Of a DNA stretch of 64,000 nt, positions 1 through 11,766 are shown piece by piece. Numbering within the stretch: the stretch's first letter is position 1; each line of letters starts with the position of its first letter. Source of the stretch: Botryllus schlosseri (Eukaryota); the NCBI GenBank assembly GCA_051294905.1, contig CM119374.1:20832001-20896000 (forward strand). The letters are read 5' to 3'. The notes below the pieces were generated by a model. That model was given only the letters and a program-made list of their open reading frames with translations. It did no database searches and was not told the DNA's origin. Made by a program: the position numbers and the translations under genes.

Positions 1-1395
1 GAAATTGGAATAATACGGAGGTCGTGCCGACGAGTGAAGAAATACGTGCCAGAAATCTTGCAACGGGGCAGGAAGCTATGACGCGTGGCTTCCATACCAC
101 AAAGAAAGCCTGAGTGGAATGGGACCACTCGTGAAAATCTTTCAGTTGAAGTTTGAATACAGTGACTTCCAGACGAAAATGACTGCATCCAATAATATTT
201 TCACATCTTCAACTTCAATTTGAGACCACATCATATTTAGAGGACACTACTCCAACACAAGATCCATATCTCTGACGTGTAACTGCATTGGATATAACAT
301 CTGTAGGCCTATCACTGCTCTGCGTTTATATTAGTTCAATAGTATAATATCCAGAAATTTGAGTAAAATCTGTATGCTCTTCGCGATTCCTGATTTAGTT
401 GTGAGACCCCTACTCTATGTGACCCTTCGAGATAGTAATTTTAACGAGCATTCTTGGGTGTGTGTGATGTGCTCGATACGAGCCTGTAAATCGGAAGTGG
501 TAGGCCTATCCTTTACACCGACCCTGCAGAATAATATATGACGTCTATATACCCAGCTACCACAACGAGCCATAGTTATAACGCCCAAACTGACGAAATA
601 AAATTTTGAATATGCCAAAAATAAGACTGGAAAGGAGTTTGCAGTAAGCGACACACTAAGCTTAAAGCGAAATTCTTGAACTGCGCTCCGCAAACCATTT
701 GGGGGTCCACAAACTAGCTTCAAGGGGTAAATAAAAGGCCAATTAAGGTCGAGCAGTCGGAGAAGTCGGTTTTGTGTCCGGTGAATTCGCTCCCCAACAT
801 GTGTATCAATTTTGTTTGTTGCTGTTTGTTCGCACTGAGTGGGTAGTCCGCATTTTGTGACTTCGGTCTGATAAGACAGACCAAACTAAAACGTTTATTT
901 AGTTAATTCGAGTCTACAAATATTGATTCATCTCGATGCCGAAATTGCCAAAAGAATATCTGTAAAATGCCCAAAATAACTATGTCTGACCATAAGTCTG
1001 TTTGCAACAAACTATTCTGGGGCGAAGCCCCTGCTTACCCTTAGGGATGTAACAAGATTCAAATCATTTCTTGCCTTCCTAGCGACTTGTAATGTGCCAA
1101 GACTTTGTCATAATAAAATCTTCGTGATCCAGTTACCGGAAGATGCTGGACTTAAACAGAGCCATGATGCCAATACATGTGGAGAGACATTGGTACACAT
1201 ACGATGCGATGTGTTGTTGTTTTTAATAACTCATATAATTGGCGCTTGCAACTCGTGGTTATTTGCGCCCACACAGTAAATTTGATACATTTCATAATTG
1301 CATGTCTTCTTCAACTTGAGTCTTTTTTCGGCTCATTTTGCTGCCTCCTTTCAAGAGTTCGGCTCTCTCTTCTTCTGAGCTTTTCAACGCGCTGT

Positions 1396-1529
1396 ATTTA
1401 CAGCGGGTTCGGCGATGAGGAGCCCAGATAAACCTCCGACACATAGAAACATGGCAGAGCCGAGACTCGAACCACCAACCATTGGTGTCGTGGCTGCAGT
1501 GTTTAACCAACTGCGCCACTCGCTTCCCC
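1396..1529 (-). mobile_element. tRNA-derived SINE
   Basis: Minus strand GGGGAAGCGAG-TGGCGCAGTTGG (A box)...GGTTCGAGTCTC (B box) followed by a non-tRNA body; related fragment (AGCCCAGATAAACC) at ~4000-4075. Confidence 0.7.
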
Positions 1530-2287
1530 ACGATGCGATGTGATAATTCTTTAATGAGAGGTCGATAACCTTCAGTATGCCGTGTGCCAAATGTATGTAT
1601 AATAAACAACTCATGTGCTAAACATATTAGCATGTATTTCGCATTCATTCATGGCTGAACTATACGTCCTGCTGGATTTTCGGGGACTCGCGAACATTTA
1701 TTTCCCACTTGATACATACAAGGGTAAAGATATATCAAGAAGCAGAATACTCGAGCGTTCTCAGGCTTCGAGGGGGGGGGACGTGATGATTAGTCCACAA
1801 TCTAGTACCCTATAGAGGCTACATATAATGTGCAACGCCTTGAATACTGTAATAATTTCCGATCCAAACGGACAAGGTAACCAATTACAGCCTATCTGAA
1901 GGCTTGGAATTGCATCTATGCCTAACCGCATTGATTTTGACCCTCGCACAATTTGGGTCCGTGTCACGAAATTGAACACATGCATATATAAGTAGCCTCG
2001 AGTCGAACTCGATGGTGGTGTTTTATCGTATTTCGCATTTCGCATATCAGATCGGTAGCAAAACTATAGGCAGAGTTGAGTCTCAGGAATGTCGTGATCC
2101 TCCGTTTTCAAAATTGATAGTGTATATTTAAGGCGGTTTCTATTTTTAAATGAGAAATGAAATTATTTGGCGTTATGCCACGATCTCGCATGCCTACTGT
2201 GGTCTGATAAATGGAATTGCCGACTCGCAACGTAGATCTAGGCTAAGTGAAGTGGCGATTTAACTACCTGCATCAGACATATAGCCA

Positions 2288-2721
2288 TGGTTGCATTTAA
2301 AACAAACGGTGTTTTAAAACACTTTGTTTATTACATGTTTTAAACAGTATTTTAAACAAAGACCTTTAAAAAAATTGTGTTTTTCCAAGTTGTAAGATTA
2401 GGCCATAATTGTGTAAATACTTTCTAAAAAACATGTTGAATGAGCCTACGGACAATTGCCACCCGATATAGCCGACGTATAGCGATATGGGATGGTTGGA
2501 ACCCTCAAAATAGTCGGTTCAACTTTATTAGTACAGATATTTCGTCAAAGGAGCTATATTTACCCGATATTTTGAATTGTTAATGCCAATACACTATGAC
2601 GTCACAATTTAATATTCGTGACGTCATGGTTTAAAAACAACAACAATAAAAAAATGTTTTAAATTAGGGCCTTGTTTTAAACATGTTTGTTTTAAATTGA
2701 TTTTTGTTTTAAATGCAACCC
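2288..2721. mobile_element. MITE, TIR GGGTTGCATTTAAAACAAA, copy 1
   Basis: Inverted termini at 2289 and 2721; interior matches 4311-4782. Confidence 0.8.
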
Positions 2722-4310
2722 TACCTATAGCCACAACCCACAGGCCAGACAGCGAACTCAGATATCAATTTTGGTTCGGCACTTGATTGGTGATGTAGTG
2801 CCTAATTCTTAAATCTGGCCACGCAACACGGCCGGTATCCAGCCTAATTATTACGAATGATGGGAGTGTTTATGGGATGAAAAGTTTGACAGGAACACTG
2901 TTAATGTCGACGACGTGCGCAGGACGGGTGCCCGGTAGTAGTGGTTTCTAGAAAACCGACTTCACTTAATAATTTATGTCACGAACAATTCGAATCTCCG
3001 AATTACCATCGACTTGACCTGTAATTCTCTGGAAATCTGTAAATTGATTTTTTGCAAGGTTTGACATGAGCGGCGTGCTCGCATGGATCATTGATAAACA
3101 ATCAACACGGTGCCGTCAGTGTTGTTAATTAAGGCTTATTGGCCTATTTCTATTCGGCGAGATAATAAAATATGAAATGGTAGCTGAAGAAATCGATGGA
3201 TATATATCTATAAGCCGAAGGTAAGGTGTAAAATATGCCTGCTACAACAGCGTATAAAAGACATCTACAACAGCGAGATCGCGTGGGTTTGCAGGCTAAC
3301 ATTTCGGTTTCAAATAGCTTTGCTATGCGACAGTGTCGCATTAATCAATCAATCACAGGAGTAGTGAACATTCATTTCCCAGAAGTTGGCGTCGGAAAAA
3401 CTATATACCAAGTCACGCATTGCATGCACGCATCTGTTTCCCAACTTAAACGAAGAGGAAAACATCACTAATTGCATTGAAACGCAAAAGAAGAGATATG
3501 CAGGGTGTCACATGTCACATGCTAGCGATTGGGAAATTATCTACAATTCTTGCTTGTGATTGGTAGCCTACATCAGATTCAATCGCAGCAGCTACTTAAT
3601 CTTAAAAATTGTAGAATTCTGATGAACTTGGCTACTGGTTCGAGATATGCGTTTAGTAGGCCTTCTGGGGAGGAATATTTTACCGTATACTAAAATTTAT
3701 GCTAATCATTAATCAGCGGTTTCTACATATATAACTCCGCCCAAGACGCAATATGCGTACAGTACATGTACTTTGTAATGCAATACACAAGCGACAATGC
3801 GATATAATGAGCACACGAAAGAATGTCGAAAAGGCCAAGTACGGTCAATCAATCTACAATCTACATTCACTGCGGCCTATAACGAAGCACCAGTTTTCAC
3901 CTTGGTTTTTGTTCTGTCGCTATTATTTACTCAATTTTCCATTCGCTCCCTTGAATTATTCCTTCACCGGGTCTATTTTTATTATGCTCCGTAAGAATAG
4001 CGATGTTGGGGAGAAGCAGCCCAGATAAACCACCGGCATCATGCAACGGTACTACTGCCGATACTTGAACCGTATTAGTGTCTCAAGCCGAAGGCATCGG
4101 ATTATGGCATGCTGCAAGTAGGCTGTACGTACGTTGTACAGCGCCCACTGTAATTCCAATTCGGATTTATGCCCACGTGATGTAGCCTATGCAGAGACCT
4201 GCAGCATTGAAGGTGTCGGATATACAGTAGCCTACTATCTTCATTCATCCATTCATGAACATATTCACCAATGACATATCAAGTCCGGTGTCTTCAAATA
4301 GTTATAATTA

Positions 4311-4782
4311 GGGTTGCATTTAAAACAAACGGTACTGCGTTTTAAAAACATATTTTAAACAGTGTTTTAAAAAAAATCTTTTCAAAAATAACATTTTTTT
4401 AGCTGTATAATTGTTGTATAATTGTTGTATAATTGTTGTATAATTGTTTAGTTGTATAATATAGTTGTAAAATTATGCCATGATTGTGTAAATACTTTCC
4501 AAAAACATGTTGTATGATCCGACGGGCAATTACCAACCGATATAGCCGACGTATATCGATATGGGATGGTTAAAACCCTCAAAATAGTCGGCTCTTCAAT
4601 AATAGTGCAGATGTTTCGTCAAAAGAGCTATATTTACCCTGTATTTTCAATTGTCGATGACAATTTATTATTACGTCACAATTGAATATTCGTGACGTCA
4701 TGGCTTAAAAAACATAAAAACATTAAAAAACATGTTTTAAAATAGGGCCTTGTTTTAAACATGTTTGTTTTAAATGCAACCC
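4311..4782. mobile_element. MITE, TIR GGGTTGCATTTAAAACAAA, copy 2
   Basis: TA|GGGTTGCATTTAAAACAAAC ... GTTTGTTTTAAATGCAACCC|TA; internal (TGTATAATTGT)n expansion. Confidence 0.85.
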
Positions 4783-5797
4783 TAGTTATATTTCCAAGCG
4801 AAAGCATTCGTAGTTTCATTTGGCTTTCGTTGTAATCGTAAGGCTTGTATGGTATGCGATCGAACAAGGTCTTCATAACAGCGCCGTGCATTGTGCACGG
4901 AACTGCGACTTTCATGACTCGTGGTAGAACACAGTATAGTTCAATGTCCCAGTCGCGTCCCAAAGCCAAGCCAGCGGGTACCCGGTTTAGAACTGGCATT
5001 TCTGGTCAGACCGCGTGCACGCGGTTTCCGACTGCCGTTTCTGGCATGCCAACGGACATCCGGCTCTATACTGACATTTCTGAGTTAAAACGAAACATCC
5101 ATTACAAATGAATGTTTTATGCCTACGCGGAAATAAATGTATGGTATATGCATATATCTCGTGTAGCCTAGCTTCTCGTTAAAAAATCCGATTCCATTGC
5201 ATTCGTGTTCTACTCGACCGGGATACTATACTTGATTCAGTTGCTGCGACATCTCATTGGTTCAATATCTAACACAAAGCTTCTACACGCGAGAGGAAAA
5301 CGAGATGAAATCACCCTAACAATTACGAATTTTAGTCACTATGACATTCAAGTATATAATTTGTTACTATACATATTCATGGATCATTTATTATTACATA
5401 CAGTAATATATAATTTATATTGCTTAAAGATTCACTACCACCTTACCTTCTGAAACATGACATGTACTTGCGTTTATAGCATGAGATCGCATTATTATTC
5501 AATTAGAAGGCCGTATACAATACATAGTTGCACGAAAAGTTGTACAACAAATATTTTTATAACAGCATGGAAATGTATGGATAAATAATGTAATTATAAG
5601 GGTCCGCGAAACGTGTTCAGGGAATCCGCGAATCCTCCCAATTTACAATATGGTAGATAACCTAAAATAATTGGTATTTTTTTAAATTAGAGATATCACG
5701 AGGCAGTTTTGCTCCATAACAGCTGAAACTTAAGGACTCACTTAAACAGAATGGCTACCTGAGATTGTACACTTTACGTGTACAGTACAGTGTATAC

Positions 5798-6702
5798 CAG
5801 TGGTCGGGAACCTATGGCTCGCGAGCCGTATATGGCTCTTTTGGGTATAATATATGGCTCTTTGCCCAATATTAATTTTTGTACTGAATTGATCAATATT
5901 GCAGCGACTTGTTGGTAAATTTTCATCACGGCCAGACTAATCATTCACGTGGCAGTATAAACAATCAAACACGTCCTTGAGAGGTAAAGACTATACCGTC
6001 TTCAGGTTTAGGGGATCGGACCTTCTCTTTCGAATGTCCTATAAAACTTAAGTTACTGTCACGCCGGCGACCAATATCACTCGCGAATTTTAAGTACCCG
6101 ACTCGAAATCTGGGATTGTGCTATACGTTGATTAATCAAAGAGCATAGCAGACATCACAACGCCCATATCACAACGCAGTTTACAAATACACATTGTCTT
6201 CCTGATCTACGGCGCGAAATGAACTACCGTGGACTCACAATTACAAACTCGAATTAAAAAAAAACGCCATAGCTATCAACGCTCTTGATTGGTAAGTAGC
6301 TCTGTAGTACCGGTGCAGCGCAACGTTCTGTTACCGACGACTACTTTGAGAATTGAGAAGTCGATCAGTGCTTAGATTTTCGGAATCAGTGTGACAGTTA
6401 CATTCGATAAACATCAGTTATAATAAATTCTAAGCTATTGACGAGGGATTGCTTTGTCAATAGTGAGGCTTAGCCCGTTTGTGCCTTACCTCTCGTTTCG
6501 AGCTTTATTTTCGAACAATAAAAATACCAGTTTTTACTGAGAAAATGTGGCGCACTCGACGAATAGTGAGTTCGAATTAGTGCCACCACGAATTTTCAAT
6601 TGTGACGTAATAGCCGATTTTCATGTATATGGCTCTTTGGGAGTTAAAATGGGAAAATATGTCCAATATGGCTCTCCGGACAAAAAAGGTTCCCGACCAC
6701 TG
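5798..6702. mobile_element. non-autonomous hAT element
   Basis: TIR CAGTGGTCGGGAACCT / AGGTTCCCGACCACTG; perfect 8-bp TSD GTGTATAC. Confidence 0.92.
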
Positions 6703-7544
6703 GTGTATACAATCTCATTTTAATTTCCGAATTGCCATTAGCTTACTGATACAAACACATTGCTGTTTAGAGATGTTTTGTTGGGGTTTTGGAAAATATG
6801 TTTGCATATCTTCTACTGTGATATACATTACCGATATCCCAGAAAATATTCAAGATAAGTTGCTAGAATAGCTAGATAGAAATGACTAGGATGGACGTTA
6901 TATGTTCTTCGAAAAGATGTCCGCCACTAGCGACACTTAATAGCACTATCGGAAAGTTCGTTTAAAAGTCTTCGTAGTTTTCATGTGTAACTTGCTCGAA
7001 ACGAGTTGCTAATCTTAAACAGTTTCGTAGACTACAACACACGCACCTTGCAGAAAATACGTTCCAAACTTATAACGAAATTTAAAATTAGATGTTTTAT
7101 TTCTCTAAGTAATCGACCAGCATCCAAATTATTGCATTTTGGAATTGAGATATCAAATTGTAATATATCTGGCGGACCGGCAGGAAACTTGTCACGGACC
7201 GGCACCGGTCCGCGGACCACCGGTTGAGAACCACTGGATGATATCGGAGGGTAACCATAAATTCCGTAGCGTCCCCTGGCGGGTTTTAAAATGAGGTATG
7301 AACACAAATGACGTCACACTGGCAATGCTTTACCTATCGATTGTATACAGGAATGCATTTTTGAACATAGGTTGTGAAAACTAGATTATTGAGCAATCCC
7401 GAATTTGAGCTCTCGTGATTGCTAGGGTCGGTATTCTCATTTGGTCTGCAACAGACTTCTTCACGGGCCATATGAAATTGTCTGTCCCGCCGGTTACGTG
7501 TTGGACAGCCCTACTATAATGTAAGGTCGGTGAAGATATGTGAC

Positions 7545-8075
7545 TGTGTGTTGTAGCCAGGACCGAAACAACACTATTAAGTCAACTCCCGCTCCGAAAA
7601 ACACTGGTCTGGGGCTCGCCATAGAGTGTACGATGCAACTATACTGGTTTCAACTTATGGGCTTACTACGTGCATCTGGTTGTTAAATTTTGTGAATAAA
7701 TTCTGTCACTAAATTGGTGTCTCCGTACATCACTGTAAAATTTTCGTCCTCTCTCATCCCACGTGATCAAAGTTAACGGTAGAGCTGATGGAGATGATGG
7801 ATTTGAAAATGCAGGGAACGTAATTGTACATAGCTAAGTAATGTTCGTGTCACACGGATATGACTATAATAATGGGTCTAAATGCCGATTCGCACCTGCA
7901 GGTCGCACATCCGGTGGCTTCAAACTTTTATGGTCACGACTCCATTTCCAATCTTAAAAAATGTTTCGTGGCCCACCTCAAAATTTGGTAAGCTGGTTAC
8001 TAAGAAATGGTCAGCACCTTTTCCCAAACTTCCCCGTGGCTGATTAAGTTCAACATCTCCGAGATCCCCAGAAAA
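7545..8075 (-). pseudogene. decayed coding sequence of unknown family (paralog at ~10735-11260)
   Basis: Frame-conserved peptides between copies (LGKGADHFLVTSLPNFEVGH vs LGKSADLFLIISLSNFELGH; ALPLTLITW vs ALPLTLIMW) despite stops and frameshifts. Confidence 0.5.
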
Positions 8076-8099
8076 GGGCCCCAAGCTCGTTGACTATAG

Positions 8100-9402
8100 C
8101 AGTGGTTCCCAACCTTTTTGTCTTCATTCCCCACTTCAGATCTATTCCGAGCCTTCATTCCCCACCAAGACCGTAAGCGCGCGAAGCGCGAAAAATTTAT
8201 ATAATTCATGTTTGAATCGGTCAATAGGATCGGGAATTGCATATATTTTGCTATCAATTTTTGATCCCTTCTCTGCTCACGTAATCAGATTTACCGGTAG
8301 AGCTGAGTGAGGTGTGTTGGAAAAGGTAGGACCCCAAAATATGAATTTAACATCTTCGGGCAGACCCGTTGATATATTGACTTTGTTACATTATGTTATT
8401 TCGTGACCTCTAATATCTGCTGTCAAAAGATATGGAAATCGCCAAAACTAAAAGGCACGCACGATTTCAAATTGGTAGTGCTTTACTGGCAAATATTTTT
8501 TTCCCTGCGGGATGGCATTTTTCTTGTGGGGTTCAGATCGCCAGGACAGGAACATTCGGCACAAGCCATTTAGCTGCCTATGGATAATGACACATATATG
8601 TATATTGTATATATATCGAAATGTTCGGTCAACACACGGGCATTCCTTCTCGGCCAAGGTCTTCTCGCTGCTGATCGGTCTGGCACACTTCTCGGAGTCC
8701 CATGTTACATGGCCTATAACTTCATATGTCTTGGTGCGTCGTGGCGCAGTAATGGCCGACGCCGAAGTCGCCATTTTTATAAATTATACGACTTTTCGTG
8801 GGGGAAGGGTACCCAATAATCAAAATATTAGGCAATATTAAAACGCACGCCCAGCGCAAAAAAAAAAATTGAATAAGTAACATAAATTCCCAAGAAAATA
8901 TTCCATAATTTATGTTAATTCACGAAATAATTTTGGGCCGCTTCGAGCTCGCCCCTCTCCCAATTGGGGGTTTGGGGTGCGGCAGTTACGGTCCTGTTCG
9001 CCACTACCCAACACTTTTGTTATCACAGAACAGCTATTTGCTGGTTTGACTACACAAGACACACAACCACACCTGTACGAAAGACAATAGCCTATAACTG
9101 CAACGTAAAACGTATTGTGAACCGATACCAGTAACGCTCAAAATGTCGCGAAAGCGTTATTATTTCACGTCAAACTAGTCGTGCGTTTGTGGCGCCATGA
9201 TTGGCCATGAAGAGTTAAAAATGAGGTTTTGTGAACACCGCGCAATATAATTAACTGGTAGCGGTAATTGCGCAAATGCACATGTGTCTACGTGAATATG
9301 AAGACTGTCCTGTAGATAATTTTGAGCAAACGCGTCTATTCCCCACCAGAAACCATTGAATTCCCCACCAGTGGGGAATTCCCCACCGTTTGGGAACCAC
9401 TG
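8100..9402. mobile_element. non-autonomous hAT element inserted into repeat copy A
   Basis: TIR CAGTGGTTCCCAA / TTGGGAACCACTG; perfect TSD GACTATAG; absent at the corresponding site of copy B. Confidence 0.9.
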
Positions 9403-10560
9403 GACTATAGCATCCAAATGGCCTTACCGACACTTTGAGAATATCCGATTCTCTTAAAATTGCGATTACAATTAGTCTTATTACGGTAAATGATATATAA
9501 ATTTATTGTTTATTGTAGTTTTTGCGAGGATAGGGGTATACATACTAAAATTCCCGCATGAGACATTAAATCGCGCGAAACGCGAAGAAAAATTCCAAGT
9601 AGCATAAATCTTCTCGAAAATAATATATTGTTTAAGTATATTTACGAAAAATTTTCAGCTCCCTTCAAGCCTTCAAAATTCCTCCCGGACGCAGTTCAAA
9701 CAGTGTAAATCCGGACATGTTCGGGAAATTCCGGATGTATGGCAACTATCGATGATGTGAACGTGAGGTTCACGTTCGCGTTCTCCGTGTGAACCTCAAA
9801 AATTCACGTTCACAAACGAACCTTCGTATAGGTTCTGCACTGTGAACCATTTTCATTTATCACAATTTTAAAGTCATTACAACATCTTTGGTTGAAATTC
9901 TTTCCGTTTAACTTCGGACGACCCTCTGCATGGTGCTGGCAGCGAGAAAAGAAATTTAGAACTAAACAAGTATACACCCTGCCTTTTTCAAAAATTTTAT
10001 TTGCCAAGTTGGAAAGATTTCCTCAAAATATTTAGCTTTTCTTTTGTGAATATTTAGTAGCTGTTTTTTGTTAGCTTTGCCCGCAATAACAATCACCCGA
10101 TCAATGATTGACATCAACAAAACTGTTATAAATTATGCATAGTTGTCTATTGTAAAAAGTATAGCAGACGTACAGGATCTGTCTTGATTTTATATGTTTT
10201 ATGTATTATAAAAACCAATTACGTCCGATTGGGGTGTTGGGTACTGTATAACTTACTTTTGAGATAATACCTACAGCAAGTCTAGAAACCGGTATTTTAC
10301 TCTGATCAATACTAATGCAGCAATAAACCGATACCCTGAGAGCACATTGTCTGTACAGACCGTTAGGGCGTAAGCTTATATTCCATTGCAAGTCTTCGTC
10401 GAAATTGTTGGCAAAGCAACATAAAATATTGATTTTATGTAATTATTATAACGTCTGATTGTTCCAGATGATACAGTTTTGCATTGTGGCAAAATGTTGC
10501 CGGAGTCGTTAATAGGTGTCGTGGACATTATTACTTTACTTTACGGAGATGGAATTAAAA

Positions 10561-11766
10561 TAGGGTTACCATATTTTTGTGAGTCAAATTCCGGACGCAC
10601 CTGAACGCTCACTAGCGAATTTTAAAATGAGGTATAAGCACATTGTCGGACAATATGACGTCACACCAGCAAAGCTTTGTCTTTCGACCAGAGGTTGTCA
10701 CGATCCGGTCCAGGAGTCGTGTAGGGTTGTAAGTGTAACCAGGACCGAAACCGCACTTCCTCAGCCCCTTCCTGCCAAAATAAACACTGATCTTGGGTCA
10801 ACCATAGTGTATAATCGATGCGACTTCTGGGGAGCTTGCTATGTGCATTTGGGTATTAATTTTTTTGAATGCATTCCGTCAATAATATTGGTTCTTCCAT
10901 ATATTACTATATAGTTTTGATCCTCTCTTCGCCCACATGATCAGAGTTAGCGGTAGAGCTGGTGGAGGATGATGAAAATGTAAGGGGCATAATTGTACAT
11001 CGTCAAGTCATGTTCATGTCACACCGATAAAATTATTTATCACCGTAATGCCGGTGCGCACGAGCTATTGAAACACCATGCAACCAGTCGTTTTCACCCT
11101 TTTATGGTCGTGACTCCATTTCCAATTTGAAAATATTGCGTGGCCCAGCTCAAAATTTGATAAGCTGATTATTAAAAAAAGGTCAGCACTTTTGCCCAGA
11201 CTTACTCGCGGCCTACTTTGTGAGCTGATTACGTTCAACATCTTCGCGAGTCCAAGAATAAAGGCAAGCGACCCCCAGATTTAGAACCGCTATCTCTAAA
11301 AAGGGCATTTAAACGGCGTTAACGAACTCTAGGAATATACGGTGCCCCTATAATTGCGATTACAATTAGACTTATTTCAGTAAGTGAAGGTCATTTTTAT
11401 GTGTTTTCGATTGCAGTTATTGCGCGGGTTGCGATCTCCATATTGCTAATAAACCAATGATGATGATGATATTAAAATCAATAAATGTGATCCTAATAGC
11501 GCGCAGCGCGAAGAAAAATAATGTTGTATATGTTGATTTACGAAAAAATATGAGCCTACTTCCAGCTTTCAAAATTCCGACATTTAGGCATATTTTAGAA
11601 TTTTCTTCCGACGCAGTTTGAACAGTAAAATTCCGGACATGTCCGGACGTAAGACAACTCTAAATTAGAATTAGCAATATGACGTCACGTGACGTCATAG
11701 GTTCACGTTCGCGTTCACACGAACCAGAACCTTTCAGAGGTTCACACAATCCCTAATGGCAACCCT
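10561..11766. repeat. diverged direct repeat copy B (Blackjack-like ends TAGGGTTACCA / TGGCAACCCT)
   Basis: Shared blocks with copy A, e.g. CGGTAGAGCTG, GACTCCATTTCCAAT, AATTGCGATTACAATTAG, GGTTCACGTTCGCGTTC; no clear TSD. Confidence 0.6.

Larger units (their letters stand above)
7248..9850. repeat. diverged direct repeat copy A (hAT-Blackjack-like end; interrupted by a hAT insertion)
   Basis: Collinear similarity to 10561-11766 in several blocks; AGGGTAACCA left end. Confidence 0.6.

Noticed and set aside
1-200. Possible Penelope GIY-YIG C-terminal remnant (NWNNTEVV...RARNL)
   Set aside because: Too short and ambiguous at the window edge; no diagnostic motif or hammerhead nearby.
5010-5025. 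16-bp palindrome ACCGCGTGCACGCGGT
   Set aside because: Single occurrence with no context; cannot be distinguished from chance or a repeat remnant.
7150-7236. Complete hAT element ending at GGTTGAGAACCACTG
   Set aside because: Only the right end is visible; no left TIR or TSD found.
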